64,000 nucleotides of DNA from the human T2T-CHM13v2.0 reference genome, Homo sapiens. The notes under the pieces are model-generated. The model was not told the DNA's origin. It saw nothing but the letters and a program-made list of their open reading frames with translations, and did no database searches. Positions within the stretch are counted from its first letter, which is position 1, and every line of letters starts with the position of its first letter. The DNA lies in assembly GCF_009914755.1 (NCBI RefSeq), contig NC_060929.1; one strand, 5' to 3'. The translations under genes were made by a program, and so were the position numbers. Positions 1 to 18,100 of this stretch are shown piece after piece.

Positions 1-95
1 GCCCAAGCTGGTGTCAAATTCCTGGCCTCAAGTGATACTTCCGCCTCAGCTTCTCAAAGTATTGGGATTACAAGTGTGAGCCACTGTGCCCAGCC
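1..95 (-). mobile_element. Alu 5' part, cut by the window edge
   Basis: ...caaagtattgggattacaagtgtgagccactgtgcccagcc is the reverse complement of an Alu left-arm start. Confidence 0.9.
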
Positions 96-1198
96 TTGCT
101 CATGTTCCTTTTGTTTGGGGTTCAGTGAGCTTCTTGGATCTGTAGGTGTAGAGTTTTCTTCATGTTCAACAATGTTTCAGCCATTATTTCTTCAAATATT
201 TTTCTGTCCCTTTCCACTCACCTTCATGGACTCAAATTACCCTAGCTTAGGTTTAAAGTTGTCCCATAGCTCGCTGGATGCTCTTTGCATTTTTTTCTCT
301 CTCAGATTGTCTCTATGAACAGATACAATACAGTGATAATAACAGTTTTAATGTCCCCCTTTGCTACTTCTAATATTTACATCAGTTCTGGGTCAGTTCC
401 AATTCGATGATTATTCTCATTATGAATCATGATTTCTGGCCTCTTCCCATCCCTGATAATCTTTGACTGACTGGCAGACATTGTGAATTTTACCTTGTTG
501 AGTGATGAATATTTTTTCTTTAAATCCTATACAGCTTTGTGCTGAGATGCATTACATTACCAGACAACCATCTGAGGTTTTGGGACTTGCTAATATTATC
601 TGTCATGTGAGTCCAGAGTGGTACTCCACTTACGGCTGACCTTGCCAAGTACTCTACCCAGTTCCTTGTGAGTTATAAGTTTTTCAGTCCATCTGGTGAT
701 TACAGGCATAGTTTTCAACCCTGTATGAACACCAACCACTGTTCCCTCTAGTCCTTTAAGATGGTTCTTGCCCTGGCCTTGGGAAGTTTCCTCACATGCA
801 TGCATTGAATATTTTGCTGGATACTCAAGGGAGACTCTGAAAATCTTTAGTGTTCTCTCTCTGTACAACTCTTTTCTCTGGTATTCTATTCTATGAACAT
901 TAGCCATCTTGGTCTCCCCTTGCTCTCGGCTTCATCTCCTCAATGCAGGGAGTTCACTGAGCTCCACCTCAGCTCCCTCTGGAACTGTGCCACAGCCTGG
1001 AAACTCTCAAGGCATTAAGCTGGGACAATCACAGAGCACATCTCATTTGTTTCTCATTTCTCAGGGATAACTGCGTTTCCTGGCTTGAAAATTGTTGCTT
1101 TGTATATTTCATGAGCTGGTTGCTGTTGTTGTTCTTCTTCTTTTAGATGGGAGAGTAAACTAGTTCCAGTTATTCCATCTTACCAGAACAAGAAGTCC
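96..1198 (-). mobile_element. Old L1M 5' region (L1MC/L1MD-like 5' end and ORF1 remnant)
   Basis: Motifs cagccattatttcttcaaatattttt and gggagagtaaactagttccagttattccatcttaccagaa are typical of antisense L1M 5' ends. Confidence 0.6.
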
Positions 1199-1329
1199 TC
1201 ACTCATCCTTGTGCTCACTGCCCTCTCTTGAGCATATTCAGTCTTGCCTTTTCCCCTGATGACCACCCTAAACCTCTGACTACTAGCATGCTCAAGAGAC
1301 CTTTTCTTATAGAAACAAATTCTCTTAGC

Positions 1330-2550
1330 ACTATTTTCTCTTTTTCTGTCCACCTTCTTGAAAGAACTGTCTATATTCCAAAGAGTTAAGGAGTGAAAAC
1401 GATGGTCTACCCCTCAATTCCTTTGCTTGCTCTTCATCCCCTCAATTCTCAGGTTGGTTTCCACCTCAATACTCTACTGAAACTGTTTCTACCATTAGTT
1501 ATTAATTACCACGTTGTCACCACATCCAATGGCCTTTCTCAGACTTTAGACTTACGTTTACCTTATTTGACTGGTTCTTTTGATTTCTTGCCCATATTTG
1601 ACTTAAAGGATATTATATAGAACTGTCTGACCTATATTCCTTATCAAAAGCAGATGCTGTAATGTAAGCTCCAAAGAGCAGGGTTGTTTGTATATTTTGT
1701 TAACTGATATATCCTCAGTCCTTAAATCAGTGGCAGTCACATAACAGACATTCAATGAATGTGGAATGAATTAACAAAATATAATTGGTGCTTAGCACCT
1801 TTCTTCCCGCTTTCTACCCATTACCCCTGGACAAGCTCATCCAAATCTATGACTGAGTTGTCTCTCAAATCTCTCTAGTCTGCTTGGCTTTTAGCATTTG
1901 GATCACTGTTGGATGTCTTGTCAAACCTCAAAATCAGCATGCCCCAAACTAAACTCATTATTTTTATCTTAAAACTCTGTCACATTCTCCCTACTTTTTT
2001 TTTTTTTAACAATTCACCAAAACATAAAGCTATAAACTTGACTCATATTTGATTGTTTTATCTTCCTTTCCTCTTGAATACCCAGCATAACTGTCACTTT
2101 TACAGTAGCAGTAACATCCCCACAAGTATTGTCCCTGCTGGATCACCTCTACATCTAACAGGTCTCCCCCAACAGCTTCTCTAAGTCTCTAGCCTTAGAT
2201 CCCAACATCCCCTAAATCTCTGCATGCTGTGCCTTAACCCAGTAAGACCACTAATCTTTCTCTGAATATACCTATGCTTTCTATCCCTAACTCTCCTCAC
2301 CCCATTCCTCTCTGCTTAGACCTTACCCATCATATGAGACCCTACTCAAATGTAACCTTAACTATGAGCTTTCTTTGACCCTCCAGATTAGAAATGATCA
2401 CTCTCCTCTTTTAACTTTCATATTTACACCATTAATATAACACATATCACATTCTGTCTTAGCACAGAGCCTGGAGTATATTAAATAAGCAATATATGTG
2501 AACTGTTTTTATCAATACACAACTTATCTTCCTAACCTGGGTGTAAACTT
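1330..2550 (+). mobile_element. L2 fragments, including a 3' end at ~1655-1775
   Basis: gtaagctccaaagagcaggg...cattcaatgaatgtggaatgaatt and acctcaaaatcagcatgccccaaactaaactcatt. Confidence 0.6.
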
Positions 2551-3699
2551 CTTGATGGCAGCTTCCTCCAAAGAGGCCTCCAAAAAGACATTATGCCAGG
2601 TTCAGAACAATGACAACTCAAAGAAGCTTGATATCCAAAAAATTAGCCAACCTAACAACTAATTCATCAGAAAATAGACTAGTGCACAATTCTGGTAAAA
2701 CGTATTATTAAAAAATTTCATAAAAACAAACACAAAACATAACTTACAAGTAAGAAAATTATATACAGATAATCTTTTACACTATAATTCAAAACTGCTC
2801 CTCTAGCAATAGTGCTAGAAGATAACTCTGATAAGTGAAGAAAAGCATACTTTGTGTTACTCTTACACATATTTTAGAAGCTATTTTGATTGAAAAGACT
2901 TAAGCTAATAAAGTTTATATAACTTCATTGCACATTACTCAAAAGATATTCACAGTTTTATAAACAACCAATAAAGTACCTACTTCCACCAGAAATCCTA
3001 AACCTTGGATACCACTAAACTTCACTTGAACACCTGAACTGGCATCCTATCTCTAGCTATGTAACAATAGCCATGTCACCATACCTTTGATCTTCAGGTA
3101 ATTTAGAAACAGAATATGGAAAAAGATTCCTACCTGTCATATAAGGGCTGTTATAAGGCTAACAGAAGACTATATAGATTCAATTTACTTTCATTTGCTT
3201 ATTAACAGACATCTGTATCCATGCCTAAACCTTGTGACAGACTCTGGGTATACAATACCACATATGATGCTCTAGCTGCCCTTAAGAGATTCTAACCCAA
3301 GATGGGGAGATGGGCACATACATAAAGCAGTGCTACAGGCACTAACTGGGAGAAATACGGACAACGCCCAGTGGGGAGAGGAGGGAGTACTCAGTTCTGT
3401 CCAAGGAGAAAAGAAGGTAGTCAGAAACAGCTTCCTGCAAAGAGGCTACACATGAGCTCTGCTAATCTTCTCTGGGGTCTCTACTCATTACAATCCCCTT
3501 ATCCTTTCCCTCATCCTAAAATCAAGCAATGTCTCTAACCCTTTAACAGCTCCACAGTTTCTTATCTCAATTCTAAAATCTGAAAAGCTCTCAAAACCTG
3601 CACTTTTTTAAAACTTACTTGCCGGCAAAAGCTGACGTGAACTGAAGTAAGGTTCTTGATCAACAATATCCTTTCTACTTTTTGTAGGAAATCCTAGTT

Positions 3700-4490
3700 A
3701 ATAATTCCATCATCCAACCATCACGTAAGCCAGGAATTGAGACAGCCATGGCTTTCTCACTCTCACCCTCCAAACCCAACTACACTAGGCTTTGTCAATT
3801 CTAGCTCTCAAATATATATCCTACCTATTCCTTCCTCTTCTTCCCCCTGTAACTGCCTCAGCCAAGGCCTTCATCATCTCAGTTGCACCATCACAGTAAT
3901 CTTCTGCCTCCGCCTCCAACTGCGCTACTCACAATTTAGCCTCCACATCATGGCCAGCTTGATTCTTCTCAAATGGACATCTGATCATGTAGTTTCCTTG
4001 CTTAAAATACTCTGATGTCTCTGCACTATCTACACGAAAAGCCCAAACTCCTGAGCACAGTATGAAAGGTCTGCTAAGATTCAGCCACCACTGAATACAA
4101 TTTGTCTCCTGGCACTCTATTAAACATACACTGCAGCCACACACAAATGCAGTTTCTAGGAGTTGCCAATCTGTTTGACACTCCTTACCTTCACACTGCC
4201 CCTCTGCTCCTAAGTCCTCTTTCTTTTCCACCCCCTCACCTTGTTTCTTGTACCAGACCTACTTATCAACCTCAAATCTAATGTAGCAAACCAAATCATG
4301 CATCCTTCCCTTCCCCAGGTCCAGGCAACACTGTCATGCCCCTTCCTTCCATGCCCCATCTATTTCTGGATATGAACTTAATGTTTATGCAGCCAGTATA
4401 CTGAGACTCCTGGAATGCTGAAATCATCGCTTATCTCATGTCTAACACTGGACCTAGCACATAGTAGGTGCTCAAAATAAGCTGGCTGAT
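3700..4490 (+). mobile_element. L2 3' fragment
   Basis: tctgatcatgtagtttccttgcttaaaatactc, ending in cctagcacatagtaggtgctcaaaataag. Confidence 0.7.
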
Positions 4491-4677
4491 GAACAATCTT
4501 TTCAACTTTCCAGAAAACATCTCACCCTTCTCCTTCCTTCTCAGCTCTCTCTGCACAGCAGCTCTGTTCTCTATCTCTTACAGCTGTTCTTCCATTATTT
4601 CCTCTTATACTCTTCTTTCCTTCTTCATTGTCAGAAGAGAAAGAGGACACATTTGGGAAGTGAAGAAAAACCCTAGC

Positions 4678-4876
4678 CAGGATTTCTCACTAATAACTTG
4701 ACACTGAAAACATTTTGGGCCTGATAACTCTTTGCTGTGGGGGCTGCCCTGTACATTGAAGGATGTTTAGTAGCACCACTGGCCTCTATCCACCAGAAGC
4801 CAGTAATACCCCTCCCCACAAATGACTCCAAAATGTCCCACTCAGAGGCATAATCTCCCCTGATTGAGAACCACTG
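4678..4876 (-). mobile_element. MER20 (hAT-Charlie DNA transposon)
   Basis: Ends caggatttctca...ttgagaaccactg, flanked by a near-TSD ccctag(c/a)c. Confidence 0.85.
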
Positions 4877-5378
4877 CCCTAGACTGACTTTGCTTGGCTC
4901 CATCAGGAAGCAATAGGGGAAGGCTGATGCATGATCTCTTGCACTGACTTTCCTCCAGGTGAAAAATGACAAGGAAAGAAGATTCAGACTACATCAGTTT
5001 ACTATTCAGGGAGTGTGTGGCCAAGAAACATAGGCTGGAGTGACACTTCAAGGAAGGAAAGTACTCTATGGGCCCAAGATGAATCCATTTTGTCATATAT
5101 CAGAGTTCCAGATTTCAGGATTCATTTGTATTAATATTTTCCCAAGCTTCATTTATTCAGTGCCACTGAAATGACCTGCTAGAGGGATATAGGATACAGC
5201 AATTTAATGCTATTAAATTCATTTCAAATCTTTTTTGAAAAAGAGATAGTGTTTAAAATTAAAATAAACTGATTAAAGCATTAAACTATAAGTAGAAGGG
5301 AGGGGATAAATTGCACAGGAAACTAGGACATCTTGGGATGAGAAAGAAGAAGGGACAGAACCCCAGCACAGTACCCAC

Positions 5379-5523
5379 CTGTGGTCGACACGACGTTATC
5401 GGGGCTTTCACTGCAGAGTTTGGACAACAGACTGGTTTTGCCAGAACCTGTGAGGCCTATGCAAACCAGGTCATATTCTGGTCGTGCAGGTGGTGGTCCC
5501 TTGCAGCAAAGTGCTCTAAAACA
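5379..5523 (-). CDS. ARL15: ARL15 (ADP-ribosylation factor-like GTPase 15) coding exon 2, 145 nt
   Basis: The reverse strand reads ttttttccccttcttttggcag|TGTTTTAGA...TCGACCACAG|gtgggt. It translates to CFRALCCKGPPPARPEYDLVCIGLTGSGKTSLLSKLCSESPDNVVSTT(G), which matches human ARL15 residues 17-65 as I recall them and contains a P-loop GxxxxGKT. The exon starts in phase 0 and ends in phase 1. The ORF track misses it. Confidence 0.97.
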
Positions 5524-5619
5524 CTGCCAAAAGAAGGGGAAAAAAATGTTCCTTTAAATGACAGTATGGAAATAAACCATAGTCACATTTAAAATGACTG
5601 AGTAAGTATTAAGAGGTAA

Positions 5620-6400
5620 TTGAATAAAGTATTACCTATAAGGAAGAAAACGGTAACTTTAGAACAGTGAAACCTGGAGACACCACTCTAGCCAAGTGAT
5701 CAAAGTTAACATTCTTAGTTATGAAATGTTTTTCTACTTCATGCCTCCCTTCCTGCTATGGCAGGTGCACTGCAAAAAGCATGACATCATCCCACAGCTT
5801 GCCTGCCAAAACCACACAATCTGAATCTAAGCATGAGGAAACCAGATAAAGCCAATCTAAGGAGTATTCCATAAGGCAACTGGCCTGTTCTCCTCCAAAA
5901 TATCAATGTCTTAAAAGTCAAAGAAAGACTGAGGAACTGTTCCATGTTAAAGAAGACTAAAAAGACATAATAATAAAATGCAATATATCTTGGACTGGAT
6001 CCTAGATCAAAAGGGGAAAAAAAAAGCCATAAATGACATTATTGAGACAATAAGTGAACACTGAATATAGACTGCATATTAGATAAGAGTACTGTATAAG
6101 GTTAAATTTCCTGAATTTAATCAATGTACTGTGGTTATGTAAGAAAAATCATTGTTCTGAGAAAATATTCTAATTATTTATAATACCTCTAAGTATTTAG
6201 AGGTGAAGGGTCTTGATGTCCACAATTAACTGGCTCAGAAAAATCTAAATCTCCAGCTCCATCTTTATCTGGTGAGGAGAGTGACAAAGCCAACATGGCA
6301 AAATGTTAATGACTAGTGATGCTGAGTAAAGAGAATAGAGGAAAACTCCTTGTTCTGGTCTTACCACTGATATTATTTCAAAATACAAAAATTTTTAAAA
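5620..6400 (+). mobile_element. L1MC4/L1MC5-like 3' end
   Basis: ccaagtgatcaaagttaacat, aagaaagactgaggaactgttcc, taaatttcctgaattt...tgtactgtggttatgtaag. Confidence 0.75.
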
Positions 6401-6531
6401 TCATTAAATAGAGTCTCTATACATACCACTGCCTTTCTGGCCTTTGCTAAATTCTTTTTCAGGTCAATCAACCAGGGTACTATGAACTGTAGTATAGTTT
6501 GCTCTGCAAGAGTTAAAGACAAGGGGATCTG

Positions 6532-6817
<286 letters not shown>

Positions 6818-7069
6818 AAAAACAAGAGGATTTGGGAGACAGGGTATCATTTGTGCAGCTTTTGATCTTTCTACTTATCCCATATCCATAGGGGCCAACT
6901 ATGTGCCAGCTTATAGAGCCTGAAACATTTAGACCCTGAATGATTCATGAGAGAAAGAGGGAAAGGGGGAGACAGGGAGGAAAGAAGGCAGATCCACTCA
7001 CTTTTGGGTCATCTGGAGATTACGAGAGAAGAGACCTATAAAAAAGCCTGTGTTGATTCATCTCACTCA

Positions 7070-7800
7070 GATAAAATCTGAGTACTAATTGGCTGTCATA
7101 CTCTCGTAAATCAAACTTGATTATTTCTCTCCCTCATTTCTCACATCTAATCAACAAATCTAGTTCATATGACCTCTGAAGTAGCTCTAGGATCTGTCCA
7201 CTTCTGTCCAGCCCAGGCCATCATCACCTGAACAACATCAATATCCTCCCACTAGTTCCAGTATATTTGCTCTTGTGCCCCCTATTCTCCACATTGCAGT
7301 GACTGGATTGCTTATAAAGAGAAAATCTGACCATACGTGCTTAAGCCACCCCAGTGACTTTGCCCAGCTCTCGAGCCCAAACCCTTACCATGGTCTACCC
7401 CACACTCCATGATCTGCTCCAGCCAAGCTCACCAGCCTCATTGCCCTCACTCCCCTACATCCTCCAGCCATGCTCTCTCTTACCTCAACTGAGGCATCTA
7501 ATATGCTGTTCCTTCTTCCCCCAATTCGGGACTTAGCCAACACCTCATCATTTTTAGGTCTCAACTTAATCATCCCATCCTCAGGGCAGTCTGTTCCAAT
7601 CCTAAGATTGTGTTAGCAATTCACGTCCAGCTCTACTGGGCTTTTATAAATTCATTACACAGACAATTGCAGTTTCTTATTCATCACCAGCCTGTGAGAA
7701 CCATGTCTGTCCCCCTTCATCTCAGTACCCCCAGTGTCTAGCAGAGAACATGGCATAGAATCTACCCTCAGCAGATAATTGTTGAATGAAGAATGAACGA
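7070..7800 (+). mobile_element. L2a-like 3' fragment
   Basis: aaaatctgaccatacgtgcttaagcc, ending in ttgttgaatgaagaatgaa. Confidence 0.75.
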
Positions 7801-8029
7801 CACTTAAATTTTACCTAAGCAAAGAAAAAAGAAAACATAGAGACTAACAGGATGCTTGATCTATGTTCTCTGAGCCCTCCACGCTTCAAGAAAATACTGT
7901 CAAAATAAGAAACCGCTGACTTTTTCACTTCGCTTCAATGCCATTAGTTAGCCTAGTTCCCAAAAGAGTGGTTTTGGTGTACAGGATCAACTTTCTTGGT
8001 AAATTAGAGCTTCTTTTTGTCCTAAATTC

Positions 8030-8300
8030 ACTTTTCCTCTGTTCTCAAGAGGTTCTGCCTGCTTCTGGTAAACAATTCTATGACCCATATTCTTCATGGG
8101 TTTATTCATGCTAATTGTATTTCCTCTCAGTCTTTTCAAGCCTGAGGAGTCCTACTTATTTCAGTCTGTCTTCATCCTATGAGATGTTCTTCTCTGATCT
8201 TCCTTTAGTTCCAGCACACCCTCTCCCACAAGATTAATGACCATAACTACTAACAGCATTCTAAACGCCAACACATCACTTCATGGATTCATATGAAGGC
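8030..8300 (-). mobile_element. Possible CR1/L3 fragment
   Basis: cctctcagtcttttcaagcctgaggagtcctacttattcagtctgtcttcat resembles the antisense CR1 RT 3' region. Confidence 0.4.
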
Positions 8301-8895
8301 TGGCTGATACTGTCTGACTTTAACAAGCTTTTTTATAAAGTCTGTCTCCCAGACTCAGAATGAGAGTTTTTCTCAGAGATAGGTTTATTTGTGTATGTGT
8401 CTGTTCCCTCAAAGATGGCCATGGCTAGCAGCTGTTCAGACTTAGAAGTGGTCTTCCACATTCAATTAGGACAGACAACAAAACTAGTCACACAGTTTCT
8501 TTTACTGGGCTGCGTTGGTCTTGTTTGGGGTTCAAGGAGGAGAGATCCCATTCCTGCCCTAGAGGCCTTCATTCTCACTCAGCTCCTTGCCAGAATTCCT
8601 CTGGACTATCTCCTGGAGGAGGGCTGGCCTGACTACCCTGGCCCAAACTATCATAAACCTTAAATATCAAATGAAACTGTATGTGAATGATTGCTAGAGC
8701 ATCCGGTTTAAATTATTCATGTCGTTATCACTCATATTTTTGCCAAACACTCCAGAATTTCATCTTCATGTTCTTTTTAAAATCCAGAGTAGAAAAACTT
8801 TGTAGCCAACTCCATTAATATCTATTTTACCTGTTTATTCTAGGTCACCTAAGCCACTTCTGACATAAAAGATGATTTTGCAATGATAGCAGTGA

Positions 8896-9545
<650 letters not shown>

Positions 9546-10209
9546 TCTCTTCCCTTTTTATATTCTCACCAGTGATATCATCTCCAGTCCCATGGTTTCA
9601 ATCATATAACCGAATGTCATAAGGACATCCAACATGACATCTCCCCCTCCGTCTCCCCAAGCTCTTTCTCTAAGTCCAGGCTCTATAGTTCCAGCTGTTC
9701 TATAAGAACCCAAACCAAAACTGAATAAAACAAAAGCCTCCCCACAAAACCACAGGCTGTGGAAATAAGGTTCTTTGGAACTTAATGGCTAGATTGATAG
9801 TTATTACAAGGCAAAATCTTTGACATAAATCACAGACTCTTAGAAATCAACATGTATTTGAACTGACTGAATAAATCATCCTATGGGTAACAGGAATAGT
9901 GTCAGATTTTGAGTCAACAAGATAAAACTTTCAACAGTATGCTACTTCCAATGGGGAAGGAATGGTCATGTTTTCTGAGTCAGTTCCTAAAAACTGTAAA
10001 GAGTTTTCATTTGTTTTTTGTTTTAAAACTTAATGAAGCTTTGGATCCTATAGTCAATTTACTTAAAATTACTCATTTTGGCCTCTAGACTATACTGTAC
10101 CAAAGTTCATTGTGTGTGTCTCCTACAGCAGCTCTTGCATTGTTAAGAGTAAGCCCCTTTCACTGTTGTACAATGCGAAACACAATGCTGTCGGCAGTCC
10201 TGACAGCAA

Positions 10210-10420
10210 GCGGCAAACTCAGGCCTCATTCCCAGGCCAAACACTAAGGCATTGTGTAACTCTGTTCAAGCCTCATAAACCTATCCATGCTTCAGTTTCC
10301 CCACGATTAACCAGTAACATTTTAACACTCTCTGCCGCTTCCTTTCTTCAGGAGGATGTTATGAGGCCTGGGTGCAATACATCATGCTACTAAGAAAGGC
10401 GCCATACAGGTAAATAACTG
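10210..10420 (+). mobile_element. MIR-family SINE
   Basis: Core motif tgtgtaactctgttcaagcctcataaacctatccatgcttcagtttcccca. Confidence 0.55.
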
Positions 10421-12589
10421 CTCATTGCGATTTTCATTTTTCCAAGGTATCTTAAGTGACAGTTAGCTTCCTTAGACAAGGGCCTGGCCACCCAATATAC
10501 AGCCCAGACTGTAGTACTTCCAACAGCCCACAGCAGCCTCCACATGCTCCATTCTATCCCAGTTCAGCCCAAGACACTAAACACACACAACCTGTCCCCA
10601 CTCCCCTGGTAGCAGCAAATAGAGAACAGAGCCAGTCTGAATATAAGTATACCCTCTTGGGGGGCCAACCAAGGTCATGGTCTCCACTGCCTAGACTGCT
10701 TCAGCTCACAGGCCTTTTCACACGGGACAAGTTATGACTTGGTCTTTTTTAAAAGAACCCAGTGTATCTACTATATTATGTCAGGACACAGGATGTTTCC
10801 CCATTCTGTGTACCCACAAACTTCTAGTGCTGTATTTGAGGAAATGGTGTGCCTAGGTCTTGAGAGAGGGCAAAGACCAGAATCACCAGTAATAACTGAC
10901 TATATCGTAGACTTTGGACAAATCATGTAATCATATAATCAACAGCTGAAATAATGGATTAGCTTGAAAGCAGAAGCAAACCCCTTAGAAATATGTGCTT
11001 AAAAAGGAAGGTGACTACAAATATTGGAAAGAAAAGAAAGCAAAAGATAAAATTACTAGAGTAAAATAAGGACTTGCATTTCAGTCTGATGACCTAGCAC
11101 CAAGGCAGCAAGATTATCTTAAAATGTTCCCATTTCTGTTTGGAACAGAAATAAGGTATTTATTTCCCCAACAGTGCCAGACATTTTGTAGGTCTAGCAG
11201 AGCACTGTACACAATCAGTACTTGATGAATAACCCCTCATGTCAACATTGCAAAGCACTAATCAAGCATTTAATTGTACATTTCATTTTCCTCTATATTT
11301 CTACCTTAATGACTCCGGCCACCCTCCAAATCACCACTATTCCTTCACATGGTCTGAGCACTTAACGTTTCTATGCCACCCTGTTCCTGTGCACACAGAA
11401 TAAAAGTTCCTCCCCACTTTCCTACTTGGCAAACTCCTGCTCAAAGTTCTGTTTAAAGGGCACCTCCTCTGAGAAGTGTTCAATTCCCTCAGAGAGAAAT
11501 AATCCTTTCTTCCACTTCTTGGTCCTGTACAGACTAGCACTACAGTTAATACTATGACACATGTATTCTTTTCTAAGATTCACTGGCTGATAGAAATATG
11601 CACACAGACACAAAGACATATCCATTCTTGGTCCTATTATAGGTTCAAAAAGCTTAATCTTACAGCTACCAAGGGGTGGCCAGGCACCAAAACAGAGCAG
11701 CAAAGTTGTCCTACAAATATGTGTTACTAGACGAGAATCTAGCTCAAAATCCTCCCACTTTGGCACTGGCCCCTGCATTGCCAGTGTTTCCTACCATCCT
11801 GTTTCGCTAAATTCCCAGCCCTTTGGGACATGGCATTTGTTTCAATTGATGCTCTGTTTTTCATCATGAATACATGATTTTATTCTGAGCATGATTTCAA
11901 TTTGATTGAAGCTCTGTATAGTTGCTGGAAACTTTTCTTCAGTCGGCTTTGGGACTTCCCCACAGCCAGACTACCCAAGCCCCACACTGTTCCCTTCTCA
12001 TTTCAATACTGGTCTCGCCAGACAGAAACACAAGGTCTCCTATGACAGCTCACCAGGTCTTTTTCTATGTGGCCCAAGGGTGAGGCCAAGGACCACACTC
12101 GATAAATACTTTTTAGATTAACGAAACATCCATGAGTTAGTACCTAAAGGGAAGAGAAAAGTCACCCATAACTTTAAGTGGATATATTTCTTACATAGTT
12201 GGCTTCCAAACCAAAAAGAGGCAGCTATTCATTCTGACCCTTCTCCAACTCTCATAATGAAGAAAAAAAGAAGCTTCTAAAAAGAAGTCAATTTCTAGAA
12301 GTGTTTTCTAACACTAAGCGTTGCTCAATGAGTAAAACATTAAGAAGTGCTTAAATATGTAAAATGACTTGATTTAGAACAAAATATTTTCCAGGTCTGT
12401 AACAGTCAGTTATGGCTCTGTCTTTTGAAAATGTAAACCCAGTACAAAATACAACACATTACAAAATGTGTTACGGGATTTGTCAGAGCTGCTTGAGCTC
12501 TGTAGGAGACATTGGGAGGGGCGGGTGTCCTAGTAAATTAAAAATAAAACTGTATTGAACAGCAGATATAAGTGACTTATGGGTATTAA

Positions 12590-12900
12590 TTCATCTATTC
12601 CCTAGAAAAGTACCATATGATTTCAATTTAAAGAGGAGGAAACTGAGGCTCAAAGAAGTTAAGTAACTTGCCTACGTGGAACAGGATTCAAACCCTGGCA
12701 GTCTGGCTCCTGAGCTGTTTTCCAAACTTCTGCAATGATAAGCCTCTAATTTCTGAGGGCGTGTCATTCAAAGGAAACTTTAGATCCATTCTGTGTTGAT
12801 AGAGGGCAACAAAGAGATAAGAAAATGTACCCGAGAGCTATTAAGTGGCAGAGCTGGGGTTCGAGCCAGGGTTATTCCACTCCAGAGCCCTAGTTCATGC
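12590..12900 (-). mobile_element. Two MIR fragments
   Basis: gaggaaactgaggctcaaagaagttaagtaacttgcc and taagtggcagagctggggttcgagccagg. Confidence 0.75.
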
Positions 12901-13313
12901 CCTCAAGTCAGGGATCAGAGCATCAGAAGTGGGGTGTTCTGTTCTTTTGAGGAGGTGAAAGAGTGCTTTAAGTAAGTTTGCCTTTGTAACTGAAGAGAAA
13001 AACACCGGGCAAAGGAAGGCGAAGATACAAGTCTTTGTATTGCTTCTTTACTTGTACCAGCAGGTTTATGGCCAAAGTATCTCTCATTCCAGGCAAAAGG
13101 GACCTGCAGCTCTCTTGGAGTTAGAGAAGTTGGGTGAGAAATAGCATCCTTAAGATTCTTGCCCTGCTGAATTAGAGAGCAGGGGAGGAGGAGGAGAGGA
13201 GATTGACTGGGATGGAAGAAAAGGGGATACCAAAGTGCTGCTGGCTTCTCTCTTTCACACTGTTTGCTTCTTTCATTTAACCCTTTTTTGTCCTCTGGAA
13301 AGGATAAAACTTA

Positions 13314-13629
<316 letters not shown>

Positions 13630-15245
13630 AAGAGAAGCCCATGTGAGCTGCAGAGATTTCCAACCCTAAGCACAGCAGTAAGGAAAAAAATCTCTTTTGA
13701 AACAGCCTCAAATTATATGTATATATAAATTATACCTTAAAATATATGTGTATGTAAATTATATCTCAATAAAGTAAAATAAATAAGCAAATACTAAATA
13801 AAATATGTTGGAGGAGAGTATAGGAGGAAATATATGAATAAACTGGGTTGTGCAGAAAGGCATGTGAAGGAGAAGGTCTATAATGAGCATGCGATCTCTT
13901 AGCTAATCCTATCTTTCTAGTTGTAAGAAGAGAAACAAAAATCAAATATGCTTCGATGTCTTAGGGTGACTAGTGGTTCTTGCAAACAAGTTCAAAATGG
14001 CATCTATAGCAAGAAAAATAACAAACAGGGCAAAGGAGTGCTGTGAAGAGGCCCCTGGCTGCCAGACACAGCCCAGCTGAAGACTTCTCCACGTTCCAAG
14101 AGCAACCTATGTTTTGAGGTGGAAATCCTGTCATCCTTTAAGACCCTAGTGGGAAAAAAACAACAAATTGTTTTTATAGAAGGTGGGTCAAACCTTTCAG
14201 CCATGTGGGCTGCTGGGAGCACACAGATGAAGGCTTTGGACTGGAATTGTCCCAGGGCTGAGGCTTCTGGCCAATACATCACACTGCCTCAGGACACTAA
14301 ATCTGTCTTTGCCTTACCCTTTGTATTTCTCAATCCACATTCCTTTTTGGGGTGAAATACTCCATTATTTCTGCTTTGTTCTGGGCTGTCTCCTGTCTCT
14401 GTCCCTATTAACTCGTGGCAACAAAAGAAACAAACAGAAGCAGGGGATTTCATGCTTAGCAGCTATAGACATTGGCCTCACGGCTTTGCAGAGGGGCAGA
14501 CATCTGAGACTTTGAATGGAAGAGAGTGCTGCTGCGCTGAACCAGACCCGGGGCCCACGTGGCTCCCAGTCTGCATCAGTCATCCCCGATCAGTGGCTTT
14601 CAAGAGTCTCGGTATGTGGAATTCAAGATGAACCAAAAGTGAGATTTTAAAAGTTAGGGCATGTATCTGATGATTAGATTTAAAGAAATGAATTCAAGAT
14701 TCTCATATAATTCCCAGCTATGCATAATTTCACATCTTCTCACATTGGAAATAGATCAGAGGAATAGGATTTTCTTCTTTTACTAGGAAAGAAAACTAAG
14801 TAAAAAAATAAATGTTTCTTTTAAAAAAATCTAATTCTTACATTGTAATGGCTTGAAGGGAAAAAATCAATTTTTATAAAAACAGAATTATGCAATAAAA
14901 CCAGCAATAAAATACCCAGGCATAAATGTCTGTAACGAGACCTAACCTTTATATGCCATATTCATAAACATCTCCAAATCAGGGCCTCATCTAGGTCAGT
15001 TTCAGACCATGTACTATTTTTTTCCTAAAGAGCAAAGTAATACAATTTAAAGGAAAGTGAATGAGAAACTAATGCATTTTACAGCAAATCTCTTTTTTTG
15101 CTGATTACCTGAACAGAACATTTCTAAACAGGAAGTAGGCCATAAAAATACACAAACACTTTTAACATTCCTTACCAAGGGCATTTTCTATATTTTAAAG
15201 ACTTAAGAAGGGTCAGGACATGAAAACATTTAAAAGGAGCTAGGT

Positions 15246-18100
<2,855 letters not shown>

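Larger units (their letters stand above)
1..5378 (-). other. ARL15: 5' part of ARL15 intron 2
   Basis: Follows the GT donor at 5377-5378. The next exon (FSIKAVPF...) is not seen. Confidence 0.85.

Noticed and set aside
5311-5592. 93-aa plus-strand ORF over exon 2
   Set aside because: Antisense shadow of the ARL15 exon, with no independent support.
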